This document shows, piece after piece, positions 1 through 10,530 of a DNA stretch of 31,474 bases (positions are counted from its first letter, which is position 1; the number at the start of each line of letters is the position of its first letter). Below the pieces are notes generated by a model. The model was given only the letters and a program-made list of their open reading frames with translations. It made no database searches and was not told the DNA's origin. Both the position numbers and the translations under genes were made by a program. The stretch comes from Amoeboradix gromovi X-113 (taxonomy: Eukaryota; Fungi; Sanchytriomycota): contig JADGIF010000035.1 in assembly GCA_018985225.1 (NCBI GenBank), positions 1 to 31,474 on the forward strand, written 5' to 3'.

Positions 1-389
1 GTAATGTTATACTAACATCATTACTCTTGTCAATTTCATTCTCACAGACACTACATTTCTTTGATTTACTGGTGTATGAAAGCTTTTGCTTTCTCTTGGC
101 CATAACTTTATTAGGAAAGGTCTCTATTTATGGGCAAGATTAAATGAAAATATACCCTATTATGAATTAGTATTATGATAAAGATTGGAGGAAAGAGTAA
201 GAGAATAGCTGCACAGAATATTTATTTTTGAAATTTCGATACAAAAAGTTACTTATTTTCCTTTTATATTCGTCAACTCCGCAACTAGCTGAATGCCCAC
301 TCGCCTCTTAAATCCATAAAATTAATAAAGCTGAAATAATCTTCCAAGTTGTTACAGAAAGTTAGTTCAGTTTTTATATTTGATGTCCC
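1..389 (-). mobile_element. TIR element copy E1 (Fanzor-derived, non-autonomous), truncated by the window start; left end only
   Basis: Ends ...GTTAGTTCAGTTTTTATATTTGATGTCCC at 389 and shares blocks with E3-E6. Minus strand 79->2 reads SYTSKSKKCSVCENEIDKSNDVSITL (TnpB/Fanzor YTSK plus first CxxC). Confidence 0.85.
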
Positions 390-603
390 TATTGGTAATC
401 TAGTGTAGTTTCTATGTCTTCTTCCTACCTAAAAATAAGGATGTTTTGTCAAAAAAACTATTTATTGTTCTTTAAAGCAGTTGTATCTGCATGTTGTAGG
501 CCAGTGTTTGCCAAGATCATCGAATTTAATGTATTTTGAACTTTCCTAGTAGAAACCATGTTTTAGACACATCAATCGAATTTTTGACACAACTGCTTAA
601 TTC

Positions 604-1383
604 ATGACTTTAGAGCAGTTTGGATTCAAGAGAACTCTAGTAGACGATGGCGATAATGCTGAAAAATCTAGTAAGATTCGAAAGATCGTTGGCAATTCAG
701 AAAACATTGACAAGGATCTGCATATTCCAGAATCTTGGAAACGTGAACTAAGTGATGAATTTGGTAAGGAGTACTTCAAAAGACTACAAAACAGTTTAGC
801 AGATGCTCGAAAAAAGAGTGTTGTTTACCCACCAGTTGATGAGGTTTTCAAGTTTATGAATTGCAAAATCAATGATATCAAGGTTGTTATTATTGGACAA
901 GATCCTTATCATGGCCAAAATCAGGCTTGCGGACTAGCCTTTAGTGTTAGCAAAGTTGTGAAAATACCGCCTTCCTTGAGAAATATTTACGACGAACTCA
1001 AAAACGATATTGCAGATTTTGAAATGCCATCTCATGGTGATCTTTCAGGTTGGGTTTCTGAAGGAGTATTCTTATTGAATGCGTCCTTAACCGTTACAAA
1101 GTCATCACCTAACTCTCACAAGGACTTTGGCTGGTATAAATTTACAGATGCGATAATCAAAAGGATTAGCCAGCATTGTGAAAATGTTGTATTTATGCTA
1201 TGGGGAAGTTTTGCGCAGCAAAAGGCATCAATCATCAACAGCAAGAAGCATCTTATACTGAAAGCAGCACATCCTTCACCATTTTCAGCACACAAGGGTT
1301 TTTTTGGATGCAAGCACTTTTCAAAAGCGAACAGCTATTTGTCTGAAAACAAGAAAAATCCCGTTAATTGGAGTTTGAAATAA
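604..1383 (+). CDS. UNG1: Uracil-DNA glycosylase (family 1)
   Basis: GQDPYH, PPSLRNI, GVFLLNASLTV and HPSP motifs; N-terminal PIP-like TLEQFGF. Confidence 0.97.
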   Translation: MTLEQFGFKRTLVDDGDNAEKSSKIRKIVGNSENIDKDLHIPESWKRELSDEFGKEYFKRLQNSLADARKKSVVYPPVDEVFKFMNCKINDIKVVIIGQDPYHGQNQACGLAFSVSKVVKIPPSLRNIYDELKNDIADFEMPSHGDLSGWVSEGVFLLNASLTVTKSSPNSHKDFGWYKFTDAIIKRISQHCENVVFMLWGSFAQQKASIINSKKHLILKAAHPSPFSAHKGFFGCKHFSKANSYLSENKKNPVNWSLK

Positions 1384-1598
1384 AAATGCGTAAATAAACA
1401 AATTAAATTTTTACTCTGCCGAATTATAAAACTACAGAAATACAGTTTTACAATGGAAAAAAATGTGACATAAGCTATGAAAGTCGACCGCGGGTAAAAG
1501 GAGTGCCGTCAAAAGAATTTATAACTGGTGAAAAGAGGACTAAATTCAAATTAGTAGAAAAGGATACGAGGAAACAGAAAATCAAGAAAGGATATTAA

Positions 1599-1929
1599 AT
1601 AACCGTATTTGTTGGGAAATGGTAGGAAAGCGCACTTTAAGGCTGTGCTCCAATTCCAAACATATTTTTTTGCCATAAATGCTCAAATGAGGACAAGGTA
1701 ATCATTGTACCTGAAGATTATACGTCCAAAATGTTATAATTCAAGAAGGGTGTGAATAGTAAAGAATTTGGAAAAAAAGAATTTCAGGAAATGTGAATCA
1801 TGCTTTTCAATTATTGATCTTGATCAGACTGCTAGTTTGAATATTAGAGATGTATTTATTAGTTATACGACATTCAAATAGCCAGAATGGCGAAATCTTC
1901 CTTTAGAAGACGATATCAATATACTATGA
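1599..1929 (+). pseudogene. Fanzor1-like (TnpB-family) nuclease relic, C-terminal RuvC/zinc-finger part
   Basis: ITVFVGKW*...GCAPIP...KVIIVPEDYTSKM (E at 1713), then FRKCESCFSIIDLDQTASLNIRDVF...*PEW (DLD at 1816-1824). Contains stops and a frameshift. Confidence 0.8.
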
Positions 1930-1981
1930 GTCAACTCTTCCCAATATGTAAACCAGGCAGCGAATGCTTTATAGTTTATGT

Positions 1982-2394
1982 GGGACACCAAACATAAAAA
2001 CTAGACCAAGTCGTCTTTAAAGTAGGTACTCCATAAGGAGGAAATACTATTATTAATAAAAGTTCTTCTTTCAAACCAATTTTCTTTCATTAATGCCATT
2101 CACCTGTTTCAAATATACGAGGTCTTTGAGTTTCTAAGAAAAAGATGCATTTTCTTAGATGATACTTTTTATCTGTTCCATTTTCTTCTTAACACCTTTT
2201 GTATAACTTAATTTTTGTTTTCTCTTCTTATTAATAATTGTTTCTAAGATTTTGATGGATGAAAAGTTTTACACTAAAATAAGTTACTTGGACTAGTCAG
2301 ATTAATTTAATTTAGTTTACTATCGGTTAATACAATTGAAATAATGATTCAAACTGTCTCAGAAAGTTAGTCTAGTTTCTATGTTTGATGTCCC
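1982..2394 (-). mobile_element. TIR element copy E2, complete (413 bp), diverged subfamily
   Basis: GGGACACCAAACATAAAAACTAGAC... to ...GTCTAGTTTCTATGTTTGATGTCCC. Minus strand reads YHLRKCIFFLETQRPRIFE and MKENWFERRTFINNSISSLWSTYFKDDLV*. Confidence 0.9.
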
Positions 2395-2426
2395 TTTTGT
2401 TTTAACGAGATTTTCCTATTCTTATT

Positions 2427-3380
2427 ATGTGTGTCCCAAAGTTGCAGACCAAAGTAGCCGGAATTGAGTTCTTTTCAGGTATAGGTGCATGGAAATATGG
2501 AATGCCTGATATAGATTTTGTTCCGTTTGATATCAATGAAAAGGCGAACTCAATTTATTTTGACAACCATGGCGTTAAACCTATAGTCAAGAATTTAGCA
2601 TCATTGAAATGCAAAGAGATACCAGACGCATTGATATGGTGCATGAGCCCACCTTGTCAGCCATTTACTCTACAGAAATCATCGAGATATAAAAAAAAAC
2701 ATGATTTTAGAAACGATGCTCTGATTAACCTCATTTCAATGATTTCATTGAAGTTGCCTAGAATAATAATACTTGAAAACGTTGCAAACTTCAAAAATAG
2801 TGACATTTGTGAATTATTCAAGAAAGCATTGAATAACAACCATTACAAATTTGATGAGGTCCTACTGTGTCCCACTCAGCTTGGAATTCCAAATAAAAGG
2901 AAAAGATACTTTCTCATCGCGATACTTGATCGAGAATTCTCATTTGTGCAACCAAAAAGTATTAAATGTAAGGATTTGTCTGAATATTTAGACGAACACG
3001 TTGATAAAGGTTTCTATATAGAGATTCCGATTCTTGAAAAGTACTTTAAAATAGCAGATATTGTAACATTTTGCGATCGTGACAGTAATTGTTTTACAAA
3101 GAACTACAACCGCATTATTGAGGGAAGTGGAAGCCTGATTCAGACCAAGCTTATAAATCTTACTCCAAGTGAAAGGATCGCGCAAGTACATCAAGTAGGA
3201 TTACGGAGGTTCACGCCACTGGAAATCGCTAGAATCTTTGGATTTCCAAGTGATGCTAAATGGAACGCTTTATTAAATGAACAATACAAGTTGCTGGGCA
3301 ACTCCATTAATGTAAATGTTGTCAAGTTTATATATGCTCAGTTAAAGCCTATCATAGACGACTTGAATTCTATAAAATAA
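2427..3380 (+). CDS. DNMT2: DNMT2/Pmt1 tRNA (cytosine-5) methyltransferase
   Basis: EFFSGIG, SPPCQPFT, LENV, DNMT2-diagnostic CFTKNY..EGSGS, LGNSINV. Confidence 0.93.
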   Translation: MCVPKLQTKVAGIEFFSGIGAWKYGMPDIDFVPFDINEKANSIYFDNHGVKPIVKNLASLKCKEIPDALIWCMSPPCQPFTLQKSSRYKKKHDFRNDALINLISMISLKLPRIIILENVANFKNSDICELFKKALNNNHYKFDEVLLCPTQLGIPNKRKRYFLIAILDREFSFVQPKSIKCKDLSEYLDEHVDKGFYIEIPILEKYFKIADIVTFCDRDSNCFTKNYNRIIEGSGSLIQTKLINLTPSERIAQVHQVGLRRFTPLEIARIFGFPSDAKWNALLNEQYKLLGNSINVNVVKFIYAQLKPIIDDLNSIK

Positions 3381-3892
3381 GCATTAACTGGCATGACCAC
3401 ACGTTCTTTGCTGTAAATTATTCGGCATACGGGTCTTCGCATGCCTTGACCAATCGTAAGTAATAAAAAATTGAATTCCCTTGTAATGCATCAAGTCTAT
3501 ATAAAATTGTCAACGTGCTAATATTTTGTTTCTCAAGCAGACCATACAATCATGAACTCTTGTGCCAGTTGTTCTTCTCATTTGTGCAAAGTAGAACTGG
3601 CAGATATTTTGGGAATGCTTAAACAAATACTCAGGTCTTTAGTAGCGCTACAGTTTACACAATTATGTAGCTGAAGACGTACTCTAGATGTAATGCCCTT
3701 GTTTATAGTCTTTCAAGCTTCACGAGTTTTGTCATGTTAGTGGACGTGTTACCGTTCTAAGGAAGTCATTTCGACCCAATATTCTTGTCCGAGGGGCCTT
3801 CTTCTTTGAAGTAAACTAGTTTCTGTTCAAATTGAACGGTTAATAAAAACATGTTCTTGTAATTCATAGATCAAGTCTCCTTTGTTTACTTT

Positions 3893-4729
3893 ATGTTCCA
3901 GCTCGAATGCAAGCTGATAAATCCTTTAATTTATTGTTTAAGCAAACTAAGTAATGAGATTTCTTGCGAAATAACTGATGATGGCTGCACATTCTCAGCC
4001 TGTGATGAAGGTAGGACTGTCTATGCTGTTTGCAACATATCATCTAACATACTTGTTGTCATCAATGATATACCTGTTAAGTCTTTCACAGTTAATTCGA
4101 TGTCATTCTATCAAGTTATCCAACACTTTGATTGCATGTTTCTAGAAATTGATGTGGATTTTATAAATTTTAAAAATATGGCAAAAGATACGGTTTTTAG
4201 TTTACCTCAAATACAGGCTGAAAAGTTACACTTAGAATACAGAAAACTAAATCTTTCTGGGTATGCTAAGATACTACCACACCTGAATTGGAGTTTGTTG
4301 TTAAACTCGCCATTTCTTCACGTAAAAACCACTGAAGATGAAATACTGCTAAGTACCACACTAGATTCTATGGAAACCAAAATAACTATTAACCCTCATG
4401 ATTGCGATGCATTCGAGTCTACTAATTTAAGCTGTATTGTTCCAATGCATATAATTACTCAAATCATGCAACTTGGGAGCATTACAAAGAAACCAGTGTC
4501 ATGGTATTACCAAAGCCAAAACCCAATGGTGCTGTCATTGGATGTGAATGATTTGTTTGATTTTGACGTAGTAGTTTCAATCAGTGAACAAGACATAGAA
4601 ACGGTAACACAAAGAGGATCTTCGGGTGACTACGCTAATAGTACAACTAATGAATCTGCAGAGGTAGAGAGGTTATCCAATACTGCAGCAGTCGGGCCTC
4701 GACCTTTGAAGAGGATTAAATACCAATAA
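3893..4729 (+). CDS. RAD9: 9-1-1 checkpoint clamp subunit, Rad9/Ddc1-like
   Basis: N-terminus YCLSKLSNEISCEITDDGCTFSACDEGRTVYA resembles the Rad9 N-terminus; PCNA-like length with an S/T-rich tail. Confidence 0.65.
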   Translation: MFQLECKLINPLIYCLSKLSNEISCEITDDGCTFSACDEGRTVYAVCNISSNILVVINDIPVKSFTVNSMSFYQVIQHFDCMFLEIDVDFINFKNMAKDTVFSLPQIQAEKLHLEYRKLNLSGYAKILPHLNWSLLLNSPFLHVKTTEDEILLSTTLDSMETKITINPHDCDAFESTNLSCIVPMHIITQIMQLGSITKKPVSWYYQSQNPMVLSLDVNDLFDFDVVVSISEQDIETVTQRGSSGDYANSTTNESAEVERLSNTAAVGPRPLKRIKYQ

Positions 4730-4873
4730 ATAATTTTTATTTGCAGCTCGATTGTTTTCTTGAATAAATTGATTATTGAGAATTTGTATGGATTTTTGTA
4801 TCATTTCAAGACTTTTCTAATAGCTTAAATACTCGATATTCTTCCTATTCGCAAATGTTAAATGGAATAAATA

Positions 4874-5240
4874 GATGTAATCCTGAATATTTCAAATCTA
4901 AAGAAATAACTAGCAGGTAGAGCATGCATTCATCAATGCTGAGGAACTTGTCCAAGGATGGAAGAATTAGATGTCTTTCAATGCCTATAAGAGATAACCT
5001 GTACAATTTATTCAAGGAACGCTTGAAGTTCAAGTGTAAACAAAGAGGAAAGACGATAATCGAATGTAATGAAGCATTTACTAGCCAGACATGTACAAGG
5101 TGGGGTACTCCAAAAAACCAACCTGCTAGTTGCTCTGTGGAAATTCTCGATTTTCTCGGATATCAGGACTTTTAACGAGGAGAAACGCTTAAATTCGCAG
5201 TTTCCTGGAGGATCAAGAGTTTCAGCAGAAACACCTACGA
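4874..5240 (+). pseudogene. Fanzor2-like (TnpB-family) nuclease relic
   Basis: YNLFKERLKFKCKQRGKTIIECNEAFTSQTCTRWG (E at 5071) matches the F.RL..K...E.YTS.TC..CG block. Decayed DVIL/FKSKEI lies upstream and SRNTY downstream. Confidence 0.8.
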
Positions 5241-5361
5241 CGCTGCTCCCTCCGCTGCGATACTAACTGACATCATTGAAAATCTGAGGCGGGAGCCTTG
5301 GAGACATCTGTTTTAAAAAGTTTGTCTTGTTCTTGTAGTGTCTCTCAAAGGACCCCTTGAA

Positions 5362-5823
5362 ATGTCTCATCGTAAAGTCACTGATGATAAGATCAACAAA
5401 GCTTTAGATGCTCAAGTGGATTCAGGTGACGAGGATGAATTAGAGTCGCAAAATGTAATTAATCAGCAGGAAATTCTTTCTAAATCCGCGATTATCAAGC
5501 AAGAAATTCAATCTTACTTAAATCGTGGGTGCCCAGAAGATGCGATGAAGTCTGCTTGTAAGGACTCTTCAAAACATGTTATCGAAGCTCTTATCCCAAT
5601 TTTTAATGATATTGTAGGCTCCGGTAAATTATCCACTGACAAATTTGTTTCTTCATTAACCACTAATGAATTGGACGTTTGTATGAAGTACATTTATAAA
5701 AGTATGGAATCCTTAACAAAAGGCTTACCCGTAAACATATCCAATGTTCTTTTGTTTCATGAAAAGGTGGTTAACCAGGCTGGTGTTGGTAGCATTGTTC
5801 GTGTTATAGCCGACACACAGTAA
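5362..5823 (+). CDS. ARC15: Arp2/3 complex subunit 5 (ARPC5)
   Basis: DVCMKYIYKSM and LLFHEKVVNQAGVGSIVRVIAD; ATG at 5362 preferred to the GTG start in the track. Confidence 0.9.
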   Translation: MSHRKVTDDKINKALDAQVDSGDEDELESQNVINQQEILSKSAIIKQEIQSYLNRGCPEDAMKSACKDSSKHVIEALIPIFNDIVGSGKLSTDKFVSSLTTNELDVCMKYIYKSMESLTKGLPVNISNVLLFHEKVVNQAGVGSIVRVIADTQ

Positions 5824-5848
5824 TAAATCTTAAATTCAGTGTATTTAT

Positions 5849-8800
5849 TTAGTCTTCTTCTTCTTGCCTAAAACTGCTGCTACTCGACTTGTTATCTTCT
5901 TTTTCGGCCTTCAGTAATCCTTCAAACTCAATCCTCTTTTCATTTGCAAGTGCTTCTAAATAATTCGCATCTTCATATACCAATGACCCTTCCACGTTGA
6001 ATGACCTTGCGTTATCAAACATCATCTTGAAATCTATTAGCATTTCGGCCAAGTCACCATACTTTCCATTTTCTAATTTGTTCTGTATTTCATTCAAAGA
6101 TATTGGACTCTTTATTTGCACATAATAGCTTGGATAGTCTACCTTTGACGGTAACTTTAAGAACAAGTATGCACGCTGTCTATCGTATCCCTCGCTGGTA
6201 TCTAAATCGCTGACAATCGCATCAATTAAATCGATTCCATATGGCAATAAAGTCTTTGGTTTCTTATAAATGCTCCTACTTTGCGAAGCTTGTCTTTTAT
6301 TAGTTGTGCCATTACTGTTGTCAATCATTCCTTCTACATACTCATCTTCAGTCATAGTGTCATCATAATTTATCAGCTGCTTCTTTCTGGTTGCGTTCGG
6401 ATCATCTTTTCGAGCCAAATCTAACGGATTAAACTCAGATTTGTACACTTGTGGTAGTTCATTCAAAGTGTACAGTCTACCAGGCATTTCACCAGGCCTA
6501 CCATAAGAAGCCCATTCGATGTTGTCATTGGTTACTCTATCTTTGTCCATCTTATGAAATACATGCAGCTCGTGCTCATTTCTAGCTAGCAATTCATTAA
6601 GTTCCTCATCGCTTACTTCTAAACTTTCTTGTCTAATCTCAGCATCAACGGTGCTAGTTAATAGAGACTTAAGAAACTGCTCACGCTCCATATCTGTTGA
6701 TTTGTTGTCAAACTTACCAGCCTGTATAATCTTGCCATCCATATCTAATTTGAACTGCGCGCGTTCTAATATTTTTTCTTCTACGCTATTGCTGGTAATC
6801 AATCTGAATATTCTAACTTCCGACTTTTGACCTATGCGATGCGCTCTGTCCTGTGCTTGCAGGTCCTATATTAAATAAAAATACTTGATGAGGATTCCAG
6901 TCGCTATCAAATATAACAACAGTATCTGCTGATTGCAAATTCAGCCCCAAACCACCAGCACGCGTGGAGAGTATAAAGAGCTGATAAGGGCTGTCCAACT
7001 GATTAAACAATCTTAATAGCTCTCCGCGATCTTCTGATTTAGTAGATCCATCTAATCTCAAATATTTAAAACCTCTGTACAGACAGAAGTCTTCCATAAT
7101 TGTCATGACACTAGTCATCTGAAAAAACATCAATACCCTGTGCTTTGTGTTAAAAAGCTTGGGTAGCATACGATCTAATAATTCAAATTTACCACTAGTT
7201 CTGAATAAAACATCATTCGAGGTATGTGACGGATTGATCGTATTCTCGATTTCACTGAACACAAATGGGTGATTGCATATCTTGCGCAGCTGCATGATTG
7301 TATTGTTTAATCCTTTTATTCCAGTAAAAGATTTCTGATTGCTTGCATCTTTAACAGTAAACAAACAGTTGTGAATTCGCATTTGCTCATAAAGCTTGGC
7401 TTGCAATGCGCTGAATGGCGTTTTAATGATTCGCTCTATTTTATCTGGCAATTCCGACTCAACATCCTTCTTTAATCTACGTAGTAAAAATGGGCGAAGC
7501 ACCTTATGAAGCCTTTTAATAATCAGCAGTGATTCTTCTTCGCTTAGCTCAATGTTACTTACTCCGAAAGGGGCACTAAACCATTCATCAAAACTACGAT
7601 CGCTGTTAAATATTTTAGGAAGAATGAAATTTAATATGCTCCACAACTCTTGCAGATTGTTTTGTAGAGGAGTACCGGTTAATATTAATCGAAATCTACT
7701 AGAATATTGAGTGTTAAGAACAAGGGATAACTTGCTATTAGAGTTTTTCATTCGATGCCCTTCATCAATGATAGTGTAAAGCCATTTGACGGGCTTCAAG
7801 ATGTGCTTGTCCTTGATGATATATTCAAAAGTTGTTAAAACAACTACAAATTGACGCTGCTTAATATGAAACTGCATCTGCTTTCTCATTTGAGGACTCC
7901 CTTTATAAGCAAGTATGCTAATAGATGGAGACCATTTTTGGAATTCGTTTGACCAATTGCTCAGTGTGCTCAAAGGTACTACAATGAGATATGGTCCCAT
8001 TTGTTGCTTGACACTTATCAGATATGATATCAGGGCAATGGATTGAATAGTCTTCCCAAGGCCCATTTCATCAGCCAGTATACCGTTTAATCGGTTATTA
8101 TACAAACTTACCATCCATTCCAGTCCCTTGACCTGATAATCTTTTAATGTGCCGCCAATAAGATTGTTAGGCTGCATGACATGCTCTTTCACATAATGTG
8201 CAGTGTCATAGTAATCCTGATCTGGAATATCTTCTTCATTATCAGATTCCATGGTTTTGGTTATCAAGTTCTTTTGAACCTTCATTTTTGAAATTAGTTC
8301 GCCAATAAAGGTATTCGTTTGCTTCAGTAACTTGGAAATTCTGTTGTCTTTGGTTTTGCTAACTAGCAGTAGATACTCTTGTTCATTGTTTTGTTTAAGA
8401 GCATTCAAACGCTGCTGTTTTATAGCTTGCTGTTGCTCTTTGTTAATTTTGATTAGATTGGTGTGTTGATTCAATATATGCTTGTGCAGTTTGAGCTTCC
8501 CTGTGTCTACTAAAATAGATTGGCCATGCTGAAGTATTGAGTTTAGATACTGCTTTTGGACTTGTTTTTGTTGAAACTCAATGGATTGTTCGTACTGCTG
8601 ATGATATTCAAGCACCTGTTGTATTGAGTGATTGACCGGTATATGTTGTGTATAGTCGATATAGTCAACAAGTAGCGGATCAACACCAGTGTCATATTTA
8701 AAATATGGTATGGCACTATCTTGAATTGTATAGCTGAGATTATTCTGGTAGAGAATAAATCGAACTAATGCATTGCTTTGATCCATCAGATGATAGTCAT

Positions 8801-8852
8801 TAGGAAAATGCTTGTCTAAGTAAAAGAATGCTTGAGTATTACTGGAAGCCAT
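5849..8852 (-). CDS. SNF2: SWI/SNF-RSC ATPase with bromodomain; 2 exons (8852-6885, 6865-5849), 994 aa
   Basis: [14 protein letters not shown] and C-terminal bromodomain. Removing 6866-6884 restores DSDWNPHQ|[13 protein letters not shown] and joins the two ORFs in frame. Confidence 0.95.
6866..6884 (-). other. 19-nt spliceosomal intron in SNF2
   Basis: GTATTTTTATTTAATATAG; removal restores the invariant helicase motif VI region. Confidence 0.95.
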
Positions 8853-9264
8853 AGATTACGAGACAAAGTTACACATGGAGAACGAAAATATAATTGAAAA
8901 TTTCGGTGCCAATGCTACTCGTTAAAAGTTCTGATTTTCTAGAAAATCAAGGACGCGCTCAGAGAAGTGACAAAGACGTTGCAATCGATGAAAAGAAAGT
9001 ATAACAAGTTGCTAAGCAAGCATCAAAATGTATACCCAGTTTCTCTTTGAAATCGAGAAGCTAGGAACAGAATTATTGTACAGCATGCGCAAATCAATTC
9101 CATGGACATATTTCAGTCTATCCCCGGAAACACGGGATACAGTTAATAACACAAGACTCTTAGATAAATAAATAAGCATGAGAGTCTTTTTTAGTCCAGC
9201 AGTTTATTAATATGTAGTGCCTTCAGTAGCATTCAAAATCTGCTTCATAAATCATTCTTAATTT

Positions 9265-9639
9265 GGGACACCAAATATAAAAACTAGACTAACTCGTTTT
9301 TAAAGGAGGTGCACCATAGGGAGGAAATGCTATCATTAATAAAAGATCTTCTATTATACCAATTTTCTTTCATTACTTTCAATCCCCTCTTCAAAATAAA
9401 ACTAGAAGACCCTGCATCTCGTTCTCTTGGCCATAACTTTATTAGTAAAGGTCTCTATTTATGTGCAAGACAGTTCTTTCTGGATAGTTCTTAAATGAAA
9501 ATATACCCTATTATGAATACTCGTCAACTCCGCAACTAGCTGAATGTCCACTCGCCTCTTAAACCCATAAAATTAATAAAGCTGAAATAATGTTCAAGTT
9601 GCTACAGAAAGTTAGTCCAGTTTTTATATTTGATGTCTC
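9265..9639 (-). mobile_element. TIR element copy E3, complete (375 bp)
   Basis: 30-bp TIRs. Minus strand 9424->9284 is an open frame ERDAGSSSFILKRGLKVMKENWYNRRSFINDSISSLWCTSFKNELV* ending inside the TIR. Confidence 0.92.
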
Positions 9640-9645
9640 AACTGT

Positions 9646-10530
9646 TTATTTTAATAAAACTTGTAGCTCCTCAGAATACTCGTCATTTTCAATCTCAATC
9701 AATTCAAGAAAATCCAACCGGTCACCTTTTGGTTTATCTAAAGCAATGAACGTGGTATAACTAGGATGATTCAAGACGTTGGGATCTTTGAATTCTGTGC
9801 TGCTTTTTTGGAGTCCTAGGATACCAACCTGGCAAGTAAATTTATAATGCATATGACTAGAAACCCAAAACTTTGGATTAAACGATTGCAATAGTTTAAA
9901 CGCGTATGGGTTTCCCAGTTCAGAATTTTCAATATCACGCTTAAACCAAGGACGGTCTTTAAATATTTTTTTGGTATTACCATAATATGCGATACCACCG
10001 GGCCAGTCATGGCTCAGACAAATATCTACTTTTTCAGAAAAGCTGTTCAATTTTTCATACTCAGTTCTTCGGCAATGATATATACTTCTTTTACTGCCTT
10101 CAGACAACGGCAGCACTTCGTTTCGAGGTTTATCAAAATTGTGATCTTTGTATATTCCTGACCAGCCAGCAATAGTAATTCCTTTTGCTTTTATAATACT
10201 GCAGTATCCCATATAATAGAAATTTGGAATCAGGAAACCTCCACTCGGATAATCCATTAGATACTCAGAGCATTCGTGGTTTCCGCCAATAGCGATAGTT
10301 AGCTTAGGAATTTTGTACTTTCCAACAAAGTAGTCACGAAAATCACCAAGTTTCTTGTATTTATCCGGAACCGCCATGCTCTCCAAGTCTTTTACGGTCC
10401 TTGCCGTTTGCAAGTCGCCAGTAAATAATATTAAATCGATTCGCCGTTTAAACTTAGATTCTAGATCCGCTATACTATTGTAAATCCTTTTCATATCGCC
10501 ATGCACGCAACCTACAACAGCGACCAACAT
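9646..10530 (-). CDS. DBR1: RNA lariat debranching enzyme
   Basis: VGCVHG, GDLQ, IGGNHE, RSIYH, SHDWP, SHMH and FIALDK; ATG at 10530. Confidence 0.93.
   Translation of the reverse strand: MLVAVVGCVHGDMKRIYNSIADLESKFKRRIDLILFTGDLQTARTVKDLESMAVPDKYKKLGDFRDYFVGKYKIPKLTIAIGGNHECSEYLMDYPSGGFLIPNFYYMGYCSIIKAKGITIAGWSGIYKDHNFDKPRNEVLPLSEGSKRSIYHCRRTEYEKLNSFSEKVDICLSHDWPGGIAYYGNTKKIFKDRPWFKRDIENSELGNPYAFKLLQSFNPKFWVSSHMHYKFTCQVGILGLQKSSTEFKDPNVLNHPSYTTFIALDKPKGDRLDFLELIEIENDEYSEELQVLLK

Noticed and set aside
406-417. TAGTTTCTATGT identical to part of the E2-type TIR
   Set aside because: Only 12 AT-rich bases, with no terminus or partner.
3381-3890. 500-bp gap with minus-strand HNCVNCSATKDLSICL (zinc-finger-like)
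   Set aside because: Short and stop-ridden; no family can be assigned.
5301-5308. GAGACATC matching the TIR start next to the Fanzor2 relic
   Set aside because: The match ends after 8 nt and lacks the CANNN flank.
8875-9170. Possible small multi-exon gene on the + strand
   Set aside because: The candidate introns do not fit the GTA..TAAYNTAG 19-20 nt consensus, and there is no recognisable product.
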